DNA of 64,000 nt from Eledone cirrhosa (Eukaryota). Of this stretch, positions 42,901 through 54,428 are shown one piece after another (positions within the stretch are counted from its first letter, which is position 1; every line of letters starts with the position of its first letter). Position numbers and translations under genes: made by a program. The notes under the pieces are model-generated. The model searched no databases. It was not told where the DNA came from and was given only the letters and a program-made list of their open reading frames with translations. The stretch covers positions 868,001-932,000 of the forward strand of contig OZ024766.1 in assembly GCA_964016885.1 (NCBI GenBank). The letters run 5' to 3'.

Positions 42901-44532
42901 CTTAAGTATGTGATATTTACATCTCAAATGATATATATACAGGGTGTTTCCAAAAACGTGTAAAGTTTATTCCGGGTTCAATCACAGCTAACAACAGTAA
43001 GTAAGGTACTCAATTCATAACATATTTAATATAGTAATGACTTCTACATGACTATAACTTTCATTCAGGAGAATTATATACGAGCGTGCGTGTGTTTTAA
43101 TGACCGTATACATACATCCCTCCCCTCAAACAGTCCTTCACAATGTCTGGTTCCGGTTTCTCATCATTGTCAAGTCACACCTTAGCACGTTTTGTATTGA
43201 GAAGTGTCCATCCAATTCACAGTACTTGCATCCGATACTGTGCTGCCGCTGTGAAAGGGGTTTCGAGCGGCCAACTGGACTGTCACTTCTCATAACAGTG
43301 CAATCTAGTCCCAGGCTGCCACGGTCGTCTTTCGTATTGAGAAGTATCCATCGCGGGGAGAGGGCCCGGCTCCGAAATTGGGGTGCCGCTCTGAGAAGGA
43401 TTCGGTGCGGCAAACTGGCCTCTTCCTCCTCATAATGATATCACTGGTCACTTCGCATAGTTGTGCCATCCAACGCCATGCTCCAAAACTGGCTGTAAAA
43501 TACTCAGCCGAAAAGAGTGTTTGGGACATAAAGGTTTTTAGATAAATATAAACACTTAGAGCGTGATTCTCGGGGAGATTCAGCATCAAACATTCATCTA
43601 TATATACCACAGACAAATTATATATATAATATACAGTTCTACTCCTGCAGAAGACATTTCTAGATTCAATATTTATACTCTGCTATGTATTGAGTACCTT
43701 ACTGTGGTTACCCCAGATTGAACCTGGGACCAACTCACACACACATTTTTATATATACACCTACCCATACACATGCACTCAGTTTGACATACGCACAGAT
43801 ACATTCTGATATAATGGCTGCGGTTAAAGATCGGAAGTAGGGTGTATGTCAGAAATTAGATTCTTTTATTGTTAACAAAGAACAAAGAACATGGCGGTAA
43901 ATGTTGACTGACTCCAAAAGATAAAAAATAAATATTCGTTAATTTTTTTAAAATTATATTTCAGCTTTTCTTTGTAAATATTCATTTCCTCTCAATAATC
44001 TATATGACATATCATCACTGTTAGATACACATGTGTATTATCGGAATCAAAGAAACAACAACACGCGTAATTGTCTGTATCTCTATAACTGTGTCTTTCT
44101 ATCTACCCCCCTCCTCTCTCTATATATACATATATCTTTCTATCAGTATGTCTATCTTTCACCAATTCTATTTCCTTCACTTTGACTACGTAGCCCAACT
44201 GGTGGCGACAGTGTTGGTGTAGTGGTGTGTTGGTGGTGTATGTTGGTGTGGTGGCGTGGTGATGTAGTGGTGTGGTGGTGTTGTGGTGATGAAATATCAA
44301 CCACGTGGAACACAAAATAGAATGAATACTACTACTAATACTACAAACAACAATAATAATTGTTTCTGCTTTGGGCAAAATGCAAACATTTTGAGAGGAC
44401 GCTCTACCGATTACTGCAGGCACGTTACCCATCTAATAATAATATACTGTACATAAAAATCACAACACCATACATAATGACTGCGCCCTCGTTATCGAGT
44501 ATGGCCATTGCGAGATATAACATTATTGATAA

Positions 44533-45690
44533 CTAGCAGTTTAGCCCGGCGTTACTCGGGTTTGTTCATTTGCTATGAAAAGTTACATACAGGTAAACGT
44601 AGCTTGAAAGCGCATAATCTTATCAATTAAGTGCATAAAGCAGTTGAACCGGTTATTAATAGTTACAAACCAATTAGCATTTTGGACAATCAATGATGGC
44701 TTAATAATCTTCCAATAGCGAATTTAGTAGAACAAAGTTGCAAGATGGTGGCCCTGGTGCCGCTGCGTGTCAGATCTGTCCGCTATGGGTGACCCAACCA
44801 GTTTTCCAGACGGCATAACTCAAACATCTATAGCACTTCATTGTAGACGATATTGCGTGTCATCCCTTGAGGAGTGTAAGCAAAAAGTCCATTCCTGCTC
44901 CATACGCGGAAACTGGCAACATAAAGTTGGCCATGGGAGAAGCATGGCTCCCCCAAATGGATGACCGCCACCAACAATGTTTGCCCTTGTGACTTGTTAA
45001 TGGACTTGGAAAAAAAAAATGGTCTCACCAGGAATTGGGATCGCCGGAAATCGAACGGGATATCTGACGCCGAGGGGCAAAGGTTCAGCCTTGGAATGAA
45101 AACATTCTCCCCTCTCCAGCACCCCGTTACAATGGTGGCCTCAATCAAGTGGAGCGTCACTGACTTGACGACCATGCGAGTACCGTTGCACTGCTTTGGT
45201 GGACGCAAGTTCCTTATTAGCATAATGGGACAGCCTAAGCTTAAGAATAAGAGGTGGGAGCCCTGGGGGGCTCAAGGGAATTTAATAACTCAACCGGATA
45301 ATTAACGATATCGTCGGGGTCTGACGCCAGGTCGATAGATTTGAAGACGTGTTCTTTAGCGGGAATCTTCTCAATCAGCTGCTCGTTAATAAAATTAACC
45401 ATGGTATTTTTCCGAGCAAGGATGGCTCTTTCGCTGAGCTAATCGAGGTTTTTAAAGTTAGATGAGACATTAGGAAAAACTGCTTCCAAAAGGTCAGAAG
45501 GGCTGCTCACAATGTTGCACAGGGAGTCGATTGCTATTCCGCCTTTGTCATCCGCAGGGACCTTGCCCTCACAAAGTGCTAAAATATTCTGACCAAATGC
45601 TGCAGACATGTCACCATGCAAATGAGCACGCATATTTGTGCTCAGGTACAAACTCTTCACCTGGAGCCACAACATGGACGACTTAAGGCA
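44533..45690 (-). mobile_element. Helitron 3' fragment: PIF1-like helicase C-terminus and terminal hairpin-CTAG
   Basis: MLIRNL..CNGTR, VFIPR, SINKSQGQTL, CFSHGQLYVA, TRNIVYNEVL; LSTNMR upstream; CTAGCAGTTTAGCCCGGCGTTACTCGGG at 44533. Confidence 0.92.
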
Positions 45691-45699
45691 GGCAGGCAG

Positions 45700-46610
45700 G
45701 CACGCACTTCTGCTCTTGTCAAGGTGAACGGCTACCTCTCGGAGCCGTTCGAAATCGCGCGGTCCATCCGACAAGGGTGCCCTCTCTCCTCCCTTCTGTA
45801 TGTAATGACTAGAGCCACTGCTGCAGAAGTTGGAGTTGTTAATGCCGTCGTCGGGCGGAGGTGGCGAACACATCTACTACCGCCTGACCGTCGTGCCTTG
45901 CCCAAGGGAAACGCTCTCCAAAATGGAGCGCACACTCTTCCAATTCCTTTGGAAGAAGCGGGCTCCTATGGTGAGGAGATCCATCTGCTGTCAACACCCT
46001 TCGAAAGGCGGGCTGGGATGCCGTGGCTGGTGATGCGTAAACAGGCATTAAGGCTACGGCACCTCCAGGTATTCATCACCGGTCAACCGGTGTGGGCCCC
46101 GTTTGTGAGGCGAGCCTTTCCCAGACTCGTCTCGCTCACCGAGCTGCAATCCTGGGTCAAGCAAAGACCGAGAAAATTGGGCGCCTGGCACACCGAGTGT
46201 GCCCAGGCGCTCACGGCTCTCTGGCAGGCGGACCCGGCTGTCAGTGGAGAATCCAACTCGTCATTCTATAGAGGGCTGGTGGTTAGCAGGTGCGGCAACA
46301 CCCTCGGAGAAGCCCTAGGCATGGAGGAAAACGAACTGGCCAACCTGTTCGGTAGGACATTCAGCCCGGGACCTATGGATAACTTCCAGAGGTCCCTGGC
46401 CTGGCAGTGCCACCGAGGGGCTCTGCCCGTTCGAGAAAGGCTCTACAGACACGGGCGCCCTGGTAGAGACCCCTCGAAAAAGATCTGTCCCAGATGCGGG
46501 TGCGACGAGGAAACAGTTGCACACGCATTGTACAGTGCTCGCGCATTGCCTATCTGTGGGGCTATGTCGAACGACTGCTGTCACGGGTGGGACCGATCCG
46601 TTTGACCACC
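45700..46610 (+). mobile_element. L1/Tx1-clade LINE ORF2 fragment, internally deleted (RT plus C-terminal zinc knuckle)
   Basis: VKVNGYLSEPFEIARSIRQGCPLS, FQFLWK...KGGLG, LAWQCHRGALPV, CPRCGCDEETVAHA; locally high GC. Confidence 0.88.
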
Positions 46611-46619
46611 GGGTTCAGC

Positions 46620-46996
46620 TTCGCTAAGGTGAAAAGAATACTAACTAGAGACAATAGGGTTTGCCAGACTCAATTTAAGAATAAATCAAGAAAAGAAATA
46701 CAAACCGGAATTGTGGTAAGTACCAATCACCCAGACACCTTTGGTAATGCTGTTTCGCAAAATTAATTGTGAAGAGGAATACCAATTCTTGCTCATCAGT
46801 GGATGAAGAATTATTATCATGGACATTTCTAAGTATATTAAAAAACTGAATAGTGTGCGTATATATAACGCACATGGTATCTGAACTTAGCGTGTCTCAC
46901 AAACTCACACCACTAAAGATAGCAGCCAAGTTTGTATTTATTTTATTGATTTATTCTTAAATTGTCTATAGTTAGTATTATTTTCACCTTAGCGAA
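46620..46996. mobile_element. ~377-bp element bounded by inverted repeats and enclosing a hammerhead ribozyme
   Basis: TTCGCTAAGGTGAAAA..ATACTAACTA..GACAAT...TTAAGAATAAATCAA..AAATACAAAC at 46620-46705 and its reverse complement at 46930-46996. Confidence 0.75.
46727..46806 (-). ncRNA. Type I hammerhead ribozyme
   Basis: Minus strand TCATCCA-CTGATGA-GCAAGA...TTTTGC-GAAA-CAGC attaccaaa GGTG-TC-TGGGTGA: 7-bp stem I, 6-bp stem II, GUC triplet, one G-G mismatch in stem III. Confidence 0.8.
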
Positions 46997-47099
46997 TCTC
47001 ATGCCTTACTATTTGAACACATGTATATATCTGTGTTCGTTTTTCTTTTATATTCAATTATGATATATATATATATATATTTATTAAAATAACAGATTA

Positions 47100-47152
47100 A
47101 AGTTTAAGCAAAGAATCGCTGCTTTCACCCTTAACGGGATCTTCTGAAACTC
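47100..47152 (-). ncRNA. Hammerhead-like type I motif with variant CAGAAGA core (second copy)
   Basis: Minus strand GAGTTT-CAGAAGA-TCCCgttaaGGGT-GAAA-GCAG...TTGC-TT-AAACTT; stem I fully paired (one G-U). Confidence 0.55.
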
Positions 47153-47174
47153 ACATACATACATACATACATAC

Positions 47175-47237
<63 letters not shown>

Positions 47238-47325
47238 TATCTGCGCATGCGCGTGTGTGTGTGTGAATGTGGCGAAGATTAACGTCATTGCTGACGTATG
47301 GATCACAATGTCGTTATGCAGACAG

Positions 47326-47428
47326 CCAGAGGTTAACTTTGCCTTTCATCCTTACGGGGGTCGTTAAAATAAAGTACCAGTAATGTACTGGGTAATTGCT
47401 GGCCTTGTGCCTAAAGTAGAAACAATTA
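47326..47428 (+). mobile_element. 5'-truncated tRNA-SINE
   Basis: Core and tail match the 40107 SINE. Confidence 0.85.
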
Positions 47429-48774
47429 TAAGGGCACGATGGAGATCGATAACTGGTGCCTAACACCTCTTTAAAAACAGAAAATTGAAAAATAAAAGCT
47501 GCAGTTAATATCTTTAGACCACAAGGAATATATAAATGTAAGTTTGAAGCCAATCAGAGTAGAAATGTGGATTTGTATAGACTTTGCAAAAATGAGGAGA
47601 CATATCTATATATATAAAACTGTGTGTGAGTGTGCGGCGTTGTATCTATATCTTTCTAATTATGTCACTTAAAACATTGCCTTTCTTTTCACATTTTAGA
47701 AATGACACACTGTTCAATTATATGACCTTATAGAAGTGTCTAGAAGAGAGAGAGAGAGATTAAGTATACCTTATGGTTTGGCACCACTGGGTCGGGCCTC
47801 CTTAGCTCCAGGGAAGTATTTCTCAAAACCATCTGGTACATTGCTGTTGCGTAGCAGAGCCCAGTCCTTCATTAGGGACAACAACGGCCGTGGTGAAGCA
47901 GTTACATATTTAGAGGTAACGTAGGAATGACGATATATCTGAAATAGAGATTTTAGGGGTTATAAAGGGCCAGGGTTAAAGGTGGGGTAGATATGATATA
48001 TCTGAATATATAGAATGGTGGTGTTGGTGGTGATGTAGTGTGATGGTGGTAGTGTAGTATGGCGGTGTTATAGTGTCTGGTAGTGCTGTAGTGTGTGGTA
48101 GTGTTCTAATGTAGGTTCAGTATGTGATGGTGGGGCTTCAATGGTTAGTCTGCTGCACTCATAAACATAACTTCAAACCCTAGGTCTGGCAGCACATTGC
48201 ATTAATAAGCCAGTTGCTTCATTTCAAGTTTTTCGGGATAGAACTGGAGTCTATCATTACAACAACCGGGAAACCTCCTATGTGAGGACACCCTTGTCCA
48301 TCTACCTATCTATATACATAGATCCACACACATAAATGTTTATGGATCTGTATTTTTGTGTATGAAAAAAAAAAAATGGAAAAATTTAAAATCTCAAGTT
48401 AGGCTGCTCTATAATTTAACTATTTGGTTCTCTTTGTTGGGTGTGGGTGTGTTTTATTTAGAAAGTTCAGACAGACAGCCATACAGATACATGATATGAG
48501 GGCGACGCGTCGTATCAATGTATCTAATTATTTGTCACTTCAAAGCTTGCTTTTCTTTTAACATTAAGTGTATGCGAGAGAGAGAGAGAAAGAAAGAGAG
48601 AAAGAGAGAAAGCATACCTTTTGGTTTGGCACCACTGGGTCGGGCCTCTTTTCGGGGTGGGGGTCTTCTTAGTTCCAGGGAAGTATTTCTCAGTGTCCGA
48701 ATTGTCCTCACATTCAGAGTGCCCATAAGCCTTGACAACCTTAGTGCTGTTAAATCGACTACATGGTTCTTTTA

Positions 48775-48936
48775 TTATTTCACCCATAAATGGGGCCCTA
48801 ACAGGTAACACTGCTCCGGGCCAGAACAGACCTGGGAGTTATGACAACTAAGGGGTAACTCCACATTCCCCACAGCTCATGAACTCCCGAAATGGAGCCT
48901 TGTCACTGGATGTAGTTTAATGTCATACCCAGGACA
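48775..48936 (-). mobile_element. Second short interspersed repeat family (SINE-like); also 57782-57938 and 61398-61554
   Basis: Shared ATAAATGGGGCCC..ACAGGTA...GACCTGGGAGTTATGACAACTAAGGGG...TGTCATACCCAGGACA; strand and class are inferred. Confidence 0.65.
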
Positions 48937-49331
48937 ATATGTGTGTGTCATTATATATGATAGATAGATATACACGGGTGTGTATAATTATGTATAGAAG
49001 ATTATATTAATAAAAGGAATTCCAACTTTGATTTACTCGTTTTATTTACAATCCTTTAAAATTTATAATAGTATTAGAATGAAATAGTATGGTAGAATAT
49101 TAAATGTTAAGTGTTAATTGAACAAGTACTTTCATGCTTTCGCAATCTTCAGGTTCATAATGTGTGGTGACAGTCAAGTTTGCAATTTTCAACCGTAATG
49201 AGATGGGTAAATTTTGCCACTGTGAAAAGTGGCTCCAGAATGCTAAATCTTGAAAACTGTATTTCAACCAATCGGTGTGTAGTTTCACTGGATTACTAAA
49301 GCTGATTGGTTTAGGCGTCACAGTTGGTTGA

Positions 49332-49367
<36 letters not shown>

Positions 49368-49392
49368 GTTTGACAGATTTAACCTGAAGCAT

Positions 49393-49720
49393 ACGGAAAA
49401 TACAGGATAAAGAGTAAAATGTACAGATCGTTTCAATAACTATTTCATCTCCCAGACAGATTAGAGATTTAATCTGTTTCGCCCTGAGAATTGTGTTTGT
49501 AACAGATAATCCGTAGGCGTCATCAGCGAGAGATAAGATAAAATGTGACAAACACCTAAAACTAAAAGCTACACGAATGAATATTTCACCTCGTGCGAGC
49601 AAACGGAAAATACAGGATAGAGTAAAATGTACACATCGTTTCAATAACTATTTCATCTCCCGGACAGATTAGAGATTTAATCTGTTTCGCCCTGAGAATT
49701 GTGTTTGTAACAGATCAGGA
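49393..49720 (-). repeat. Direct repeat (~115 bp, period 208-210) carrying hammerhead sequence; retrozyme-like
   Basis: ACGGAAAATACAGG...TTTGTAACAGAT at 49393-49507 and 49603-49715. Confidence 0.85.
49447..49534 (-). ncRNA. Type I hammerhead ribozyme
   Basis: Minus strand ATCTCTCG-CTGATGA-c-GCCT...GGGC-GAAA-CAGATTA aatctc TAATCTG-TC-TGGGAGAT: 8-bp stem I (2 G-U), 7-bp stem III, GUC triplet. Confidence 0.82.
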
Positions 49721-50089
49721 GACTGACTATTGTGCGTATATAAATTAACGCACATGGCATAAATACATACATCTAATTATATGTCAGTTAAAACCTTGCC
49801 TTTCTTTTCACATTTTACAGACAGCCACAATGCTGAATTATATGATCTTATGTCAGTGTATGGGAGAGAGAGAGGGGGGGGGGGTGAGCAAGCCAGGGTT
49901 TAGTCCCACATTTAAGATCATAGGTAACATTTATCATATAAGAAGCTTCAAGAAAGTCATTAAAATGCCAGTCTCTGAAAATGTGAATATTGTCCTGTGC
50001 TACTGTTTCCTTGTGGGAATGATGGGTTTCGGGTTGGTTTGAAAAGGATTGACAACAACCACACACTCACACCCACTGGTTATCGGTTT

Positions 50090-52277
50090 CAGGTTAGGCA
50101 AGGTGACTAATGTTGTGAAGAGCAGGTGGCTGATGCAGCAATATGCTGTAGATGCCCAGGGAAAAATACAATGTTGTCACCTCAAAATGGCCGTAACAAT
50201 CGAACCGTGATGCGAGCTGAAAAGTATGAGGGTTTCTATGAGGCTGAAGGAGATTCAGTAAATGAAGGCCGGAGAATTGTTCTTCCACCTTCAATCTATG
50301 GTTCCCAATCGCTTCTACACTGAGTGCTTTCAGAATTCGATGACTGTGGTTCGACATGGTAAAGTCGTCTTATTTCATCACGGTAACAACTAACTCTAAC
50401 TGGGATGAAATAAAAAATAATTTGCACCCTAGTCAAGAACCTAGAGACCGTCCTGATATTTGTGCAAGATTCTTCAACATCAAGTATGACAGCCTCATGG
50501 GTGACATACTGAAAAAGAAAATGTCCTAGGAAAAGTTGTTGCTCGTTCTGCTACAATAGAGTGGCAGAAACGAGGCCCCACTCATGCTCATATTCTGCAG
50601 ATAATGGCTGAAGATAGTAAGCACAAAACTGCTGATGACATTGATCAGGTAGTGTACTGTGAGATTCCAATTCTACAGAAGATCATCCCCATCTTGCAAC
50701 ATTCATGGCCCATGTGGACAAGTTAATATGATGTGCTCATGAAAGGAAGGGCTAGGACAACAATAACAATGCTCAAACAGTTATCCCAAGGCAAACCGCA
50801 TTTGTTGCCAAAAGTTCCTTTTCAAAGTATAGAAGAAGGGGTAGATAGCATGGTCAATTGTGAGGTTGTCTACAGTGTCAAGGCTGTTAACTAATTAAAG
50901 TACATCACAAAAGGATCAGACAAAATCACTTTCACTATTAACGATGATCGAGGAAATTGTGTCCATGCTCGAAATGAAATTGAGACCTATATCAATGCAT
51001 GGTACATCTCAGCCAGTGAAGCATTCTGGAAAGTTGCCTTGCCATTTACTTGGGGAACAAATGGTCGTGTTTGAGCAAGGGCAGGAAGAAAGTTCTTTCT
51101 AGGGGACAGCCAATGACTAAGTTCACGGAATATTTTCAACTGAATATTAGAGACCCGCTGGAACAAGATATATTGTATATTGATATTCCTAAATATTTCA
51201 CTTGGACAAACAAAAAATGGCAAAGAAAAAAAGGGGACATCTGGATGGTGATCAACAATTTATGAGTGAATCTCTTGGACGCATTCTCAGAAGACATCAA
51301 TCTGAATTATATTACCTCAGAATGATCATACATCACAAGGCTGGGTAAACTTCATATAAAGATTAACTTAGTCTGTTGGTCCTCAGCTGCCACAGATCTT
51401 CTGCACCATTTAATTGCACTGCATGCCAAATGACCCTCTGCAGTTCTGGGAGAAATAGAAGAATTGTCTTGCAGAGGATATCATGCATGAACATCATGAG
51501 CAATTCATGTCCATGCAAACAAATAAATCAACTTCTGCCAACATTGAATCCTCAGCAACTGGTTCTTTTTCACAAAGTAATTACCTCTGTAAATGAAAAT
51601 GAGGGCAGAATTTTCTGCTTGAATGCAAGTGCAGGTACAGGTCATAAGCATTCTAATGGATTACCTCCAATGTAAAAAAATAATTGCACTTGCCACTGCC
51701 ATATCTGGAATAGCAGCCACTTTGCTTCACAAACGAAGAACTCTTCATTCCAAGTGCACGATTCCTCTCAATATGACTGCTGAATCAACTTGCTTCTTCA
51801 CAAAGAGGGATGACACAGGTAAACTTATGCAGCAAGCTGACCTGTTAATCATTGATGAGAGAGGTATGGGACATAAGAATATCTTTCAATGCCTGACAGG
51901 AGCTTCAAAGATGTTCGAGATTGCAAAAAGCCATTTAGTGGTATCTGGTGACTAAAACCAAATTCTTCCAGTTCTACGTCATGGTGATAGACCACAAATA
52001 GTTGAAACAACCTTCAAGGGCAGACATTTATCTACAAACACAATTCTCACGTATGTTGCATTATCACAAAAAAGAAAATATTAAAATATTAAATGAAAGG
52101 TGTCTGTTTGCTGGCAACTGTGTCTACAAAGAAATTCTACAGTCATGTGAAACAGCTATCACTCTTTTAGTTGAAATGCATTTCAGTTTCTTTTTAAATG
52201 ATAGAAAAGGGACACTACAAAAACTTATGTCTATATATACTAGCAGAAAAACGCCCAAAGGGCAGTTCTTCAGCTAG
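50090..52277 (+). mobile_element. Decayed autonomous Helitron (Rep HUH endonuclease plus PIF1 helicase pseudogene)
   Basis: GRRIVLPPS, IEWQKRGPTHAHIL (HUH), IHGPCG, KYITKGSD, YISASEAFWK, SGIAATLL..RTLHS, LLIIDE; GCCCAAAGGGC hairpin then CTAG at 52274-52277. A candidate 5' end A|TCTATATATATAAAACTG lies at 47605. Confidence 0.9.
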
Positions 52278-52399
52278 CATATATAAATATATGTCGTCTC
52301 TCTCGGTGTATGTGTGCATATATATATAATGATAAAATGCGAAATACTTTCAGATGTTAAAGTCCTTTATTGATAATGCTGCGATACATATTTGTATGA

Positions 52400-52434
<35 letters not shown>

Positions 52435-52517
52435 TAACAGGGGAGAGTCATATTGTTATAAATATTGCAAGAAATAATAACAGAACACACGGTTTGGTTT
52501 GGGTTGTTTTTCGGTGT

Positions 52518-52787
52518 AGGTGTTGATGAATGGCTTGTGAGGACATTGCAAGCTTTGTACAGAGGTGCTGTCAGTAAAGTGAGGGTAGGAATGGAGTTTA
52601 GTGACAAATTCCAGATACAAGTAGGAATACATCCTGTTTACAGAAACTTATCTATGCTGATGATAAAATCAGTAGAAGAGCTTGAGAATAAATTCTGGCT
52701 ATGAAAACAGAGTTGGAATTAAGAGGACTGAGAGTGAACATAGCTAAGACAAAATTGTTGATGAGTAGAAAAGAGGACAAAACTCAG
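52518..52787 (+). mobile_element. RTE LINE RT fragment
   Basis: GVDEWLVRTLQALYRGAVSKVRVG, YADD codons at ~52653, GLRVNIAKTK. Confidence 0.8.
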
Positions 52788-52796
52788 CGGAGAAGG

Positions 52797-53615
52797 AAAC
52801 TATGAATAAAATGGCAAGCTGTGTGGTTGCATTTAAGTATAATGAAAAGAAAAGTTATGGGCAAAAGAGGGCAATATCCATCGTCAGTTGTCTGCTAGGA
52901 ATCATAGGCATTTCTTCGCGTTAGAGACAAGATGCCTCAACCTAGGGCGAACAATAACTAAAATAAGTTATTGGAATAAAAAAAGGGGGAGAGAGAAAAA
53001 TGGATACACACATGAAGGGTGAAGAAACGAAAAGAGGAAAAATCAAGTCAACAACTCATTTTGAACATAAGTTCTGGTGGGTTTAACGAGAAAAAAAAAT
53101 GCATGTCTTCACTGTAGCAGTGTGAGTGAGAGAAGAGACTGCTTTAGAAGTGGCAGGTTAGCCGAGAGAAGGTGACTAGCAGAAGAGGGAGAAGGGGGAG
53201 AGAGAGCATAGCAACAAGGGGATAGAAGAGAGATGGGTCACAACTGAGAAGAAAACTATGTGAATAAAATGGCAAGCTGTGTGGTTGCATTGAAATATAA
53301 TCAAAATAAAAGTTACGGGCAAAAGAGGGCAATATCCATCGTCAGTTGTCTGCTAGGAATCATAGGCATTTCTTCGCGTTAGAGACAAGATGCCTCAACC
53401 TAGGCCGAACAATAACTAAAATAAGTTATTGGGATAAAAAAGAGGGGAGAGAGAGAGAAAAATATAAACAGACACAAAGGCTGAAGCAACAAAAAGAAAG
53501 GAAAAAAAAAACAAAAAAAAAACGAGTGAACAATTAATTTCGAACACAAGTTCTGGCGGGTTTGATAAGAAAAAAAGACACATTCACTGTAGAAGTGTGA
53601 GCAAGAGAAGAGACA
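52797..53615. repeat. Local tandem duplication, period ~460 bp
   Basis: GAATAAAATGGCAAGCTGTGTGG...GATGCCTCAACCTAGG...TTCACTGTAG at ~52797-53140 and ~53255-53615. Confidence 0.85.
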
Positions 53616-53677
53616 GTTACGGACGAGGAAGGAAGTGAGCTAGCGGAGGAGTGAGTGAAAATAAGAGAAAGCCAGAA

Positions 53678-53718
<41 letters not shown>

Positions 53719-53777
53719 CATACATACAAATATATGCATATATACATACATATAAATATATACATATATACATATAT

Positions 53778-54385
53778 ATGGTGGTTGCCAACTCTTTTTC
53801 GAGTACGGCCCCTACTTTATATCCATGTAGGAGAACCCCTACCGATGGGCTGAACGAGTGTGACGTTTTAGTCCAGCCAGTGACTTGAAAACTCTGGTAC
53901 AAACACTACACTTGTGACAATTATTGACAGTGCTGGGCCAATTGTACCATGTGACGACGAGTGCAGAGAGATCTCCAGATATAAAGCAATGCCTGTGCTG
54001 TGAAGCTTTTATAGTGAGCAAAGGCACTGCACAAAGCCAGTCCCACTCTCTTAACCAAGATGATATTTACCAAAAAGAAAAACAAGTCAACATCATTGGA
54101 TACCATCAGGGTTGCAGGTGTTATATCAGAGTTTTCCTTCTCCTAGAATTCTGCCTTGACACAGGCTAAGGGGTCATCTCTCCCGGTGATTTTGGATGGC
54201 CATTGACTCTTAAGAGCTCCTTTGCCCTTTGACAGGTTTCGTTTTTAGTCCTGCAGGATGTCCAAAGTCACCCTCCTCACCAAGAAACCTTAGTGGGGTT
54301 GCCAGTTTAGTCGCCAACGACCCGACCAGGAGACAGGTTGTACTGGGATACATGTTACCAGTAGCACCAACTGGTGACCTGACAT
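53778..54385 (-). mobile_element. Internally deleted RTE/BovB-like element (probable 5' UTR joined to C-terminal C2H2 finger)
   Basis: CSVCTRVFKSLAGLKRHTRSAH single C2H2 finger typical of RTE ORF ends; GC-richer UTR-like segment at 54130-54385; both ends abut TA tracts. Confidence 0.6.
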
Positions 54386-54428
54386 AATATATATGTATGT
54401 ACATATATATATATACACACACACAAGT

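Noticed and set aside
44828-45223. Cellular PIF1 helicase gene
   Set aside because: Fragmentary, intronless and followed by a Helitron hairpin-CTAG end.
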